Of a DNA stretch of 64,000 bases, positions 1-11,812 are shown one piece after another (the stretch's first letter is position 1; every line of letters starts with the position of its first letter). Origin of the DNA: Balanoglossus misakiensis (Eukaryota; Animalia; Hemichordata). The notes beneath the pieces were generated by a model that saw only the letters and a program-made list of their open reading frames with translations, did not search any database and was not told the DNA's origin. The DNA is taken from the NCBI GenBank assembly GCA_040954595.2, contig CM082591.2, positions 4,387,957 through 4,451,956 on the forward strand, in the 5' to 3' direction. Made by a program: the position numbers and the translations under genes.

Positions 1-110
1 GTATTCGGTTCTGGTGATGTGGTATTTCTTAATTGACTGAAACTGACTTCCCACCATATTCCAACAAGTTTTATTTTGTGACAATCTCTGAGAGAGACCC
101 TGTTCCTTAA

Positions 111-227
111 AGGTATACGGTCACCTATAGAAATTTAGCTACCGTAACCATAGCAAACTTGAGAACCCTCAAATATGCCATTTCAGCCATATATGGGCGT
201 ATGTAAATTGGAGGTGACCGTATACCT
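111..227. mobile_element. Non-autonomous DNA transposon (MITE), TTAA-flanked, Kolobok-like termini
   Basis: Perfect 16-bp TIR AGGTATACGGTCACCT with TTAA on both sides (107-110, 228-231). A longer relative lies at 40561-40732. Superfamily is inferred only from the TSD and purine-starting termini. Confidence 0.85.
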
Positions 228-821
228 TTAAGGCTTGATAAATGATAGACGAGTTCTCTTGGCTTGCGTTCAGTATAGAGATTAGTCGGTGTGCAATGAT
301 ACATCGGACTTGAGATCAGAAGAAAAAGCTTCCTTTAAGTGAGTTTACCGCGAGAAACAGACAGGAAATTGAAACACAAGACGCGGTCCGTTCTTCAGGA
401 AGCCTTGTCGGTGAATTGCAACCACTCAAGAAAGCTCCTTAGCGAACTCGTTCTTCCAAGAAGGCTTTCAAAATCTTGCATCTGAGTTGCGGATATCGTG
501 TGGTGTACTTTTTTCCCTTTCCTGTCGAAGAAAACGTTTGTACAGACAGACAGATTTGCATCAGTCGGCACTCCAAATCCAATTTAGCAGTTGTTTTTCT
601 CTGAGAGACCACTCGACTGTGCTGGAAAGACAGGATGCCTACATGTTGACATTTTCCATTTCCCACCTGACTAAGTACTGAAGTACATCAAGACTTTACA
701 ACCAGCATGAGACATACTATGTACAGTATGCCCCGCAGCCAACATGTTAACCGTACTCAGTTTAAGTCTAAGAGTGCGGGTGGCTTTTCCCATGCTGTTT
801 TTCTTGTTCTTGGAATATTAA

Positions 822-907
822 CCCTTTCTCCACCATGGTTTGGTCCAAATCCAAAGGTTTTCTATAGCAAATTTGGACATCTATAGATGGAAACAGGGGT
901 GAAAGGG
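822..907. mobile_element. 86-bp piggyBac-like MITE (TTAA-CCC...GGG-TTAA)
   Basis: CCCTTTC...GAAAGGG termini flanked by TTAA. A same-length diverged copy lies in reverse orientation at 18391-18476. Confidence 0.8.
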
Positions 908-911
908 TTAA

Positions 912-1407
912 AAGGACAAAGTCTCTCTCATTTTTGGCTACTTTAGATTATTTATTGCCGAAAATAATTCTTCATTTACTCATTAAATTAGGGGGGAGGG
1001 GGGTCTTTTCAAAATTGCCTTAAAATTAAGACTTTCAAAATGGCCGCCAAATTTGAGGTTCAAAATGGCCGCCTATATCTGTGCTTAGTCTATGGCATTC
1101 AAAATGGCCGCCAAATTTAGTGACTTTGACAATCTCTATGGTAAACATTATGGAGAAATTTTACTCATAGTTCAACCACACACACCTTCCATCCCACAAG
1201 ATGTAGACACAAGAGTGAAAAACTCACCAAAATGAATATTCGGTGTTTACCATTTATTCATTTTGGCGAGATTTTTACTCTCATATCCTACAAACGTGAT
1301 GGTTGAATGTTGATTCACTATATATCCACATGTGCATTAGCATAAACAGTGTAGTGAATCAAACATAATAAATGGGAAAAGAAGCGTGAGAGAGAGACTT
1401 TGTCCCT
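912..1407. mobile_element. 496-bp TTAA-flanked MITE, Kolobok-like
   Basis: TIR A(A/G)GGACAAAGTCTCTCTC at both ends, TTAA at 908-911 and 1408-1411, internal CAAAATGGCCGCC repeats. A solitary matching terminus TTAAAGGGACAAAGTC occurs at ~58183-58198. Confidence 0.8.
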
Positions 1408-1520
1408 TTAAAGAAGGAACACAAGATCAAGTCAGCAATTCAACTTACATGTAACTAAAAGATTTTATTGTTTTAAAAGATTCTCATTTCATAAAAAATC
1501 GTTTGCTGTATCTTTCACAG

Positions 1521-4500
1521 ATACCATGGACTAAACTTAAGACACATCCTGCCAGTCTGGTAAGTGGTGAAGACAAGTTTTTCTGACATTGTATTTTATC
1601 TGGGTTGACCTGTGTACATTCAAAGCAGGTGTAGAATGGCAAAATATGTCCATTTACAAGAATTACTGCGAGTTAAATTTATCAAGAGCCTTCATTGAGA
1701 ACCTTTCTTCTTTTTGTTCTTTTGACCAGTATCTAGATCAAGTTGAAATCGAAATGGAAATCACAGAGGAACTACGACAACAAACAGAATATGTACCATT
1801 GCACAGGTAAGCCAAGATCCATAACTATGTAGTGGAACCTGGCATTATGGACACCTCTTTAATCAGGACATTTTTCTGTTCCTGCAGGTGTCCTTAGTTA
1901 AAGCGACAATAGATATCTTTTGGCTTTATTTCCAGTATTTTTGTTCTGTGTATCAAATGCAATGTCTTTCTCTTGTCCAAACAGCATGCTTATGTACCCA
2001 GTTCACTACATTCACATGGACTAGTGTTTAAACCCTGTTTCCCTTTTGTATCACAGTTCTGGAGGGAAGTATGGCTTCTCGGACAAAGTAATCGACGGAC
2101 TCTTTGTGGTCATCAACGCAATCACCATCAATTTTCACTCCACAGCGTTCCAGGCATCAGCTCAGGCAAGTACCGTATGATGGCCCAATGAAGTTCGCTA
2201 AAATTTATTGTTAGCAAAATTTTCCTGTTTTACAGTGCTTAGTCCTGCATCTATGCAGGGATGTGCCTGATCATATCTTGCTCATAATAGATGAATTTCA
2301 ATGAGAAACTTATATGCACGCACATGGTCACTGATGCCAACAAAAGCCTGCATCCGATTTCAAGTGGTGCTTTGCAGTCAATGTTTCCATGGTAACATGG
2401 TAGTGTCAGACGTGCGAGCTCAAAAACTGAGAATAACACGCTAATTTACAATGAAGTGTTTCAATCGGCTGCCAGGACCACATGTCTTTTAAGTTATACA
2501 ACCCTTTGCCCATCACGACTATGATTCTTGTTGCCTGAAATAAATATTTCCTGCTGGTACTTAGGTGCCTGATGAAAAGCTCCATGTACCGTAGTTGGCT
2601 GAAATTTTAAGATGACTTATTTTATCTATGTACAGAATACATATCAGGAATAAGTTTCCAACTTGATCAGTTGTGACCAAAAATATTCACAATAATGAAA
2701 ATTCTAAATTCGAGTGAATATGCAGGATTTGCACAATATAAAAGTTAAAGTAATGAATCCTTTCCCTGTTTAATTTCCCATATCTGTTTTATTTGTGTTG
2801 AACTGCAGATTTCAAGGTTTCGTATTCGAAGTATGAGACCGACATGGCAGGTCGCCGACTTACGACTGACAAGGATCAAGGACCTCAACCGCGGCGAGAT
2901 ACTTATCTTCAAAGAAGCTGATTGGCTGTCTCTCCGCATCGAAATCGACGCCATCAAGAAGGACCCCAGTCGGCCGACCACGCCCATACGACTGATCACG
3001 AATCAAGGGAAAGTGCGGTTCACCATCAAGAAGAGGTTGTCGGACTGCGTCATGCTGACGTCCAAAGTTCAGCTTCTACTCGAGGATTTACTGTGGGTGT
3101 TGACAGATTCCCAGGTCAAGGCTGTAATCGAGTATTGCCAGTACCTCGGAAACCTCAACAAAAAGTCGAAAAATCTAGTGAAGACAGACACAAATATTGA
3201 GTCACAGGTATAGTCCATTTCTTCCATGTTAAAAAATGGAAGTTTATAAGCTTAAGTGATACTGAGTCATTATAAAGATTTGGAACAGAATATGCTAACT
3301 ACAATAGTACAAAGACAGGAATTTTTGACCACAAGAAGTTATGAAATACAGTCAATATATCGTTTCTTCTACTCTCATCTCTTACTACTGTGAGTTGTCG
3401 ACCTTTTACCCAGAATGCAATTATTATGTGATTTGACCCCCTAGCACAAACTGAAAACCTATTTACGGCAGCCAGAATTAACCAACCAACGGAAAATTTC
3501 AGGTTTTCTCAACAAATTTTCCCGTTGCAGTCTCAGCTGTTAGCCCAGCAGAGCAAGAACCAGTCCACTCAGGGAACGCAGCACAATTTGTCGGCAGACG
3601 CGCTGGCGGCCAAGAGATACTTCGACAAGTATGACGTGGTCGAGTCATCGTACCATGTCGTCATGAACAGGGTAGATTTACATCTGTGTGACGAACAGAA
3701 CCGACCCGAGTCAGAAGGTGAGAATCATTTATTTTAATTCTCAACTTTTCATCGAAATGTGTGCATGTGCCTGATTTTGCCATCAAAATATGTCCATGCA
3801 CAAAAATTGCATTGACATATGTAACCACATTGATAATCATGCCAATCAAAACCAACATTTACTGCCAAGCTACATATGAATTGCTGCTAACCTCTCACCC
3901 CTGACCTTTGAACTATGACATCAGGATCACCATAAGGTAATCTTTTCTTAGTTGATTCATGAAAGCTTTTGTAAGCTTTTTTTTCATAAACATTTCTAAC
4001 AAAAAGACGCTTCTTTCTGCAATTTATTCAGCAACTCGGAAAGGTTTGTTTCTGAAAATTTTATAGCTGTCCAGTGAGCGTGAAACTAACCTTTTTTAAT
4101 AACCCACATTTGTGTCAAGATCTCTTTTTCTGAAATTTCTTCTTGCTCAAAGTTCTTGTTGATCTTCTCTAAACATGGTAACCTAGATCTCATGTAAATG
4201 CAGTAAAACTCACTTTACTCCAGTTTGCTGGATGGCATCTTTGTCAAACTGAGATTTCATGTTCAATGTAATGCTTCAAAATAGTTCAAACTATTTTACA
4301 TTGTTCAACTAATTATTTTAACAGATGTCTTCTATTTTAATTATTCCACTTACCACTTCTGCTGGTGTGTTTTTATCTACTTCAGCTTGGTCTTATAATC
4401 TGTTTGAATCTCGATGTAGTATAATTCATGCAACATTTACATTGCCTGGCATCGTGGCAGAGTGATAAAAAAAATCATTTGTCCGGTACAATTTCACAAT

Positions 4501-7500
4501 ATTGCATTCTGAGACCAAATGGATCATTCATTCATTGCATGAAACACTTATTTCGCTTTTCTTCTATTTTGGGATAAAATCTAATTCAGTCTGCTCTCAC
4601 TTCTTTTGCTACCATCATCACACACCAAAAAAACAGTCAATGCAGGTAACATTTTTTTATGAATTTACTTGCTTGCTTGCTAAACTTGTGTTTAACTTGA
4701 ATTTTTATCTGGTCAAACTGATTTTGCGGTATAGGCTTTTCAAAGTTTTAAGTTGTGAATGTTTAGTCTTTATCCCTTGTATTTTTCCCTTTAATAGCAG
4801 TAGAAGTCTTGTGATGTCATGTATGTCGCCACACTGTCTGTGTTAAATCCTGAGACTGTCAAGTATTTCTGTTAGTAGATTTGGACATTCGATGTAAACC
4901 CATACTTACTGGCAGTTGGGTGATTTCGATTTTAGGTCCAATACTGTAAAACAGGAAATTTTTCGCGACAGGAAATTTTCGCGATATCAAAAAAGGCAAC
5001 TGTAATATGACGATTTATTTTTGTGTTCTCGTATTTCACTAACTGCATTGATATCTCACATTTTTTTGCCTCTCGCGAAAATTTATCGTACACGAAAATT
5101 TCCCGTTTTACAGTATATAGAAACAGTACTGCTCAGTTGCAATATGGTTCACTTACAAATAAGTGGAATTCTCAGAACAACTCTACCTGCAGGCACATTA
5201 CAGTATGCGGGTTTGCATTGAAATATTCATGCACATTTATATATATGCTCCAGAGTTTTTCATGTATCCATTATTCAAAACTGCATTGAAAGTTTTAGTT
5301 GATACAGAAAATAAAATGCCCCAAGAATTGTATGGAGTGTACACGGTAAATTGCACCAGCAAAGCTAGATAGGTTTGTGGCAACATTTCGGAGATTTAAA
5401 CTAATCACCAATCTACCGGCCTTTAAAAGCACTGCCTCAGAACCCAAATTGGCTTTAATGGTTTTGAAATGTTGCCATGGATACCAGGTCGGCTTTTTGT
5501 TTGGTTGCCAGGGAAACCAGACTGGGCTCATCAGTCTCCATCATCTAGATGGAAATTCACTGTTTGCAGAGACGTACACATGTTTTTCTTCACCTATTGT
5601 CGGCATCTCTTTTGCTCTGCTGTTAAAATAGAATGCTTTGCTTCAATTCCAAAATCTGTTATTGACTTCGAAGGGCCTCTAGTTATATCAGCTTTCTAAG
5701 TAGAGGGTATCATAGCGCGCAAGTTCACTGCCAGGCTATCTCTTTTGGCAGAGCCAGGAAATAGCCGGATAAATACATTTGAATGCATGGTCATGGCCGA
5801 GGGGGGAAACAGTGTTGATACAAACTGCTTCCTTGTGAGTCCTGTTGGTGGATTTAATGCATTTGGACATGTTGGTTTTCTGCTGAACCAACTCAGTGTG
5901 TTATGTGTCAGGCAAATTTTCTGGAATTCCTGCTGTCCCACTGGCTTGATGAAGCATGTTGGGCCAGTTAGAAATGATCTGTAAGTCTTTCTAAGACTAA
6001 TCTGCCAGATGGATTTATCCTGTCCGTATGGTGATTACTTGGAGTTACATGTTAAATGTTGTGTCTGTGATGTTTCAGAGACTTTCAAGAGACGGATTGA
6101 TGGAGGCGCTATGCAGGTGTCACTGCAGAAACTCTCTCTGGATTTATACCCATACCATATAGCCAGTAAGTACTATTCTTATTAACTAATTCAAAGTAAT
6201 ATTTTTTAATGATGACCTTTTAGGCTATCCTAGTTGGCATGGGTCATGTAAGTATGGTTTTCTAAGGATTTCTGTCACATTAGGAATGTGAGAATTTAGT
6301 TCTGCTAATATTGCTGTCCTCATGATGTCTAACAAGAGGCTTTTGAAACTACCAGCATTTTTACAGGTTCTTGTCGTCTGCTTGTTCCATGGAATTAATC
6401 ACAGGAATCTACTTCAAATCCATTCATAGTCAGAGGGACATAGTTATGTCAGTGTCTGTTACAAATTACTTCAGAAATGTTACCACTCTGAACTCCAAAC
6501 ATGCCATTGGCCAAAAGTGTTAATCCTCCTTAAATAATCCTGTTTACAACTTTTCATGCACTGCATTTATTTTCAGATACAAGTCGTGCCCACTGGGAGA
6601 GGTACGACGAAGCCATGTCTGCCAGGGACGGCTGGGTGGAGCATCTCATGGTCCACTTCCGCCACCTGGTCAAATGCGCCCAAGAACAGGGCAAAACCTT
6701 CAAAACCAGGCAGCGGAATCCATCAGCAGAGGACAATCCAGGTCACCACCAGGTCAGGGGTCAACCTCGGGACGCCAGGGGTCAGGTCAGATCCCCCCAG
6801 GTCAAAGGTCACCCGCCGAAGAGGTCACCGGTGAAGCAGGCACGGTTGCTGGAGAACACCTTTGTGATCAGGATTGAAGATTTCACTCTGTACTCAGTAT
6901 CCACAGCTCAGTCCAGCCATAAAGCTCCTTCCAAGAAGTTCGTCTCGTCTGACAAGAAAGCCCTGTTCCTCCCGCCGGAAATGTCTTCGTTACACATAGA
7001 ACATACCTCTTACTACTTCCCCGATGGACTAGACTTCCCACGTGAGTATCTGTCCCATTATGTTGGCACTATAGTTCTGCAAGCTTTTACCTGTGCGAAA
7101 GTCACACAATCACTGAAGGTAGTTGTCTACCCAGATGGAATGCATGGTTATCCAGTACATTGTATATGTAGAATTTGAAGAAAACAGTTTTACAATATTG
7201 TAATTTTCGTTAAGTTTTCACAGGGTGTCCCAAAAGAGTTGGTGCATGAATGTGACTAGAAAACCCGCCATAAACCATTATAAACAATATCCTAGTTAGA
7301 CAAGTTTCGTCACACAGTGCATCATTTCTTTACTTTTTCTTTCAGTTCCGCAACCCAACATATTTGCGAAGTTGAACCCTGTTCACTTATACGTGGATTA
7401 TTCTACGATACTGTGGTTGTACCAGTTTGCAAACAACATGGCCACCGGTGTGGTAAGTTTGTCTTCTAAATCAAATTTGTTATTCCATGTAACGCGAACT

Positions 7501-10500
7501 CGGTATGTTTTTGTATGAATATCGTTCTTGTTGTTTCACTTGGTTGTGCATTTTGTATTTTGATACAACAGAAAGATGACAGTAGTCTCTCAGTGGAATT
7601 TGAGCATCGTGACATCCGGATAGATGCCCTGATGCCTAAGGTAGGCTCAACATTGTGCTTGATTGAAAAACAACATATACCCTACATCTTGGATACACTC
7701 CATGGACTTTGTTGTTGAGACATAATAGATGTTGAAATACTTTTGAATTTTAGCAGCAAAGTAATGTGACATGTTTTGTCCATTAATAAAAAAATGCTTT
7801 GAAATTATTCCTTGCATCATTCTTAGGAAAGGATCTGCACTAATGGAAATCATTTCTTGTTTGTGGGATCTGTTTTAGCTAACCCTGCCAGCAGAGAAGG
7901 AAATGACCAACCAGCCAGACAGACCCACGTCACTCCAATTACTTTCCTCGCAACTCACCATCTCCAACTCGAGACTAGCCACCCACTCATCCAAATCAGA
8001 CCTGGGTTCCGCCCTGCAGAAACTCTACGCTGGGAAAATGTGCTACGAGACGGAGACCTTCCCAAACGCCGAGGAGGACATCCAGGCACTCCCGCAGTTG
8101 TTCTGGGACCACGCCTACAAGAGTGAGGAGAACGGATTGCTGGGAATGGGAAAGGATGTGGAAAAATCCAGAGCTTATGAAAATGGAAATGTGCCGTTCA
8201 TTCGTGAGAAGACGTCGGCTGAATCTGAGCAGAAAGTAAAGTATGGAAAATTAGATGGTGAAAATGATGAAACCAAAACGGCCGAGACTGCAGAGAGCTC
8301 GCAGTTGCATGCAAAGTCTTTTGTGACGTATGCATCGGAAGATGTCTGGTGTTTAAACTTTGAACAGCTGTGGCTAGAACTTGTAGGTGCAGAAAACGCT
8401 AAGGGAAGACCAGTGTCCCTGATCGAGGCAGCCCCGATGACCATCTGGGCAGGACTGCCCACGAACAGCAAACTGTACTCCAAGAACAAGAGCAATAAAC
8501 CAAGCCACAGGAGTGAGCACCCATCCAGCAATCATTCCAAACTAGCAATATACAGGTCAGAAGTCATGCAACGGAGGAAACTTCTGCGGGACTACTACAA
8601 ATCCGGGTCTTCCACCGAGAGTTTAGAGTCGACCACCAGCAGCGCTTCCGCCGCGACAGATGGAACGCCTCTGGTGGGCGCCCGATCCATGTCGGATTCT
8701 GTCTTCGTCGCGTCTCGCACGGCCCCGGTGTCGGATTCGAGAGACTACTACAGCGACTCCAAAACCAGCAGTCCGCCGCCGCCGCAGACGGTCAGGCGCA
8801 GCACGAGTACGGAGAGCAACGGTTCGTGGAACGTCGGCGACTGCGTCTTCAGCTCGGCGTCTTCGACCGCCGGTCTCCAAGACGCCGTGTCCCGAGACGG
8901 CACGGATAAAGTTCCCGACAGATGCATCTTGCTGCACTCGGACTCCAAGATGCGGTTGATGCTGAACCACTACCAGTTGCTCTTCCTGCTCAGACTGCTG
9001 GACTCGTTCAGCAACCTGGTCGTCGCCCTGGAAGAGGACTACGTCATGTTCCACAAGCAGCCGAGCCCTCTCAAGAGCACCATGCTCTCCCTGCGACTCT
9101 CCTCGGCCGAGCTGACCCTCCTGATGCCGCCCATACCGGAAGCAGACAAGGACGTCGACGACAAATCTGACGGTCAGGAGGAGGAAAAGAAAGAGATGCA
9201 CCATCTGAACATCGACGTGAATAACGCCGGTGCTCTCTCAGACGGTGCAGCCTCGCATGATAGTGGTCTAGGGACGCCCACTACAGAGACTAGACCTGAT
9301 CTGACTGCCAAGCCGAATCCAGAGCTCAAGTTGGTCGAAGAGGATGAAGCCCAGGCTGGAAGTACTATGCAAACAACAGATGGAGCTAAATCAGCATCGG
9401 TGCAGTTGGAACTGGAGGACGAACCGAGTTCTGCTTCCACCGAATCTGCCGAAGAGGCAGTTCTTCTGGACCAGGCTGTTGTGTCGGAAACAGGGATCGC
9501 CATCAGAGAGAACGGGACCATACAGTACAGGGCCAGAGTCACGGAAACGAAGCTCAGCACTCTGGTGGTTCCCACCACTCCCACTCACAAGGCAGACGCC
9601 AGCCCTCCCAGCGCCTCTTCGCAGAAGGGCGACTTGAACGCGCTGCAGGCACTGGTGAAACGAGCCGACAACATCAAGAAGAGCTTCAAAGGTTCCTCCC
9701 TCACCGATCTGCTGAATCGATCCAGTTCTCAGGTGTCCCTGGACGACACGTCGTCTGTCGACTCCGGGTCGCAGTGGGAGACCCTGTCCATCAGCAGCGA
9801 CACGAGCGATGCCTTCGCCGTTCTCAGCAGCGACAGCTCCAAGCCGGGCGCCGGCGGGGGGACGTACATCTCCGGCGACGGCGACAGTTTCAGCAGCGAC
9901 ACGTACGGGGCTGTGCCGGTGACGGTGGTCACGGAAGACAGGGCATCAAGCAGGGCCAGCTCTCCGTCTGCGCCGTCTGTGAGCAGCAGCAGTAATCCAG
10001 AACGGAAACCACAGCCTCAGACTGTAAGTATATAATACTGTAAAACACTTTATTTTCGCGAGAGCCAAAATAGCGTAAAAATAAAAAGTCGCGTAAATTT
10101 TTTTTGAAGATAACGATGCAGTGAATGAAATAAGAGAACGCGAAAATTAATACTCGCGAAACAGTGGCCTCTCTCGATATCCCGAAAATTTTGACTCGCG
10201 AAAATAAAGTGTTTTACAGTAGATATTAGCATAGCAAGTTGTTGCTATGAGCATACTACACACTGACACCTGTATACACTGAACCCTTAGCTGGAAACAC
10301 ATCTCTGTACATTTCTAAGTCCTCCTCAGATAGAAGTACAACTGATGTTTATTATAGCATGTACTTGCCATAAACACACTACACACTCAATTTCCCTCAG
10401 GTGTCTGTGGTGGATCTGAATATAGAGGACCTACAGCTGGGTATACAGTTGGATGGCGAGAACTCTGCCGTCAAACTGACCATTGGTGATTTCCAACCTG

Positions 10501-11812
10501 TAGAGAGGGGAAACCAGGAATTAGAATGGTTTCTGTCCAAGAGAATTGCAGGTACTGTAGACTCAGCATTTGGATGATATTAGCATTTATTCAAATATTT
10601 ATTATAGTGCCATAATCTATGACTTTTAAATGTATGATATGTTTATATGTTACAATTTTATTCACTTCTTGCTTGTTCTGGTAGATGGTGCACTGCTTCT
10701 CAAAATTTACTGCAAAATGGCAAAACGTAGCTATATACTTTGAGTTGTTTTGCTAGCTTGGTGTTTTGAAACTGTTCATTTGCACAGTGCATATCTTCTG
10801 TAGTATATCTTTGACCCATGACCTTTGACCCATCCACAGAGGGCAGCAGTAAATGGAAACAGATGGAAGAACCCAAGGACATTGACAACCCTGTCCTGTC
10901 CGCCAGACTCACGCTCGGCACCTCAGCCGAGAGGTACTGCCCCGGTGTTGGCAGCCGGGGTCACCTGGGGGTCGACGTTCAAGGGATGAACACCCAGATA
11001 CTGATGTCCACTGTCACGAATTTGCTGAGTCTGATCGAGGAGGAATTGACCGGCGACTACATGCCCATGGACATCAACATTTCAAATGCAAACATTAAAT
11101 TGAAGGTAACTGTTTGATTTGGTGATAGTGTGCAGAAAAATCAAAGCATGTAGTATGTTTCGGTCATTTTCCGAAGTCAAAATACTAGTAAGCCCCCTAG
11201 GTTACTACATCAGTTTGGGTAAGTATGCTAAAAATGCTAAAGCTCCTTAGGTCAGTGAAAGTGGATAGTAATACCCCCTATCTTACTATTTCATTTCAAT
11301 TCAGAGTGATGGCATACCAGCATACCCCCTAACTCGACCACCGGGTGACGAACCAGTAGAGTTTTACTTACAATCAGCAACAGTCAAGAGATCCCTAGAT
11401 GGAGTGTACCACATCAATGGTAGGTTGTGTACCCATTCAGTTTGAACTCTGACCTCATATGATATTATGCATATTTTTCCATCATCTGAGACTGGATGTG
11501 AATGACAGCATTTCATCCCCCAGTTAACAATTTTGTCATGTACTTTTTTTAGCATCACAAGAGGAGAAAGACAGCCACGAGGAGGAGAGCGCCCCCTCAT
11601 CAGAGGATCTACGGAAACTGAGGGAAGAGAACAGACGACTGAAGGAGCAGCTGGATACGACGCGGTCAGCACTGCACGACGTCGAGCGAGAGAGATCCTC
11701 GCTGTTCCGATCGCTGTCTCACATGCGGGAAGAGTTGATCCTGTCCGATAGAGAGATGCGGGAAGCAAAAGTCCAGCTGGAAAGCCTTGGTGCAGATCTG
11801 TCCAACAGGTGA
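1521..11812 (+). CDS. BLTP3: Bridge-like lipid transfer protein family 3 (UHRF1BP1/UHRF1BP1L-like), tandem copy A; 5'-partial (first two exons lie upstream of the window)
   Basis: 14 exons join in frame (4476 nt): 1521-1559, 1730-1806, 2057-2165 (GC donor), 2809-3207, 3531-3717, 6079-6165, 6577-7041, 7346-7452, 7572-7640, 7879-10023, 10401-10551, 10840-11105, 11305-11419, 11553-11812 (TGA). Family motifs recognised: IPWTKLKTHP, WVLTDSQVKA, GGAMQ..LDLYPYH, LNHYQLLFLLRL, and a C-terminal coiled coil. Intron positions and phases match copy B. Confidence 0.93.
4944..5113. mobile_element. TA-flanked MITE (CTGTAAAAC...GTTTTACAG)
   Basis: Imperfect TIR CTGTAAAACAGGAAATTTT / AAAATTTCCCGTTTTACAG, TA on both sides, internal TTCGCG/CGCGAAA motifs shared with 10038-10219. 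Confidence 0.75.
10038..10219. mobile_element. TA-flanked MITE with 25-bp TIR
   Basis: Perfect TIR CTGTAAAACACTTTATTTTCGCGAG, TA on both sides, inserted 14 bp downstream of the donor of the large BLTP3-A exon. Confidence 0.85.

Noticed and set aside
5295-5984. Cluster of short ORFs in the long BLTP3-A intron
   Set aside because: No family similarity recognised and no consistent exon chain; the exons either side already join in frame and match copy B.
8175-9995. Several long antisense/alternate-frame ORFs over the large BLTP3-A exon (likewise 22724-25010 in copy B and 40880-41611 in SLCO)
   Set aside because: Shadow ORFs of GC-rich coding exons; no recognisable motifs or independent splice structure.
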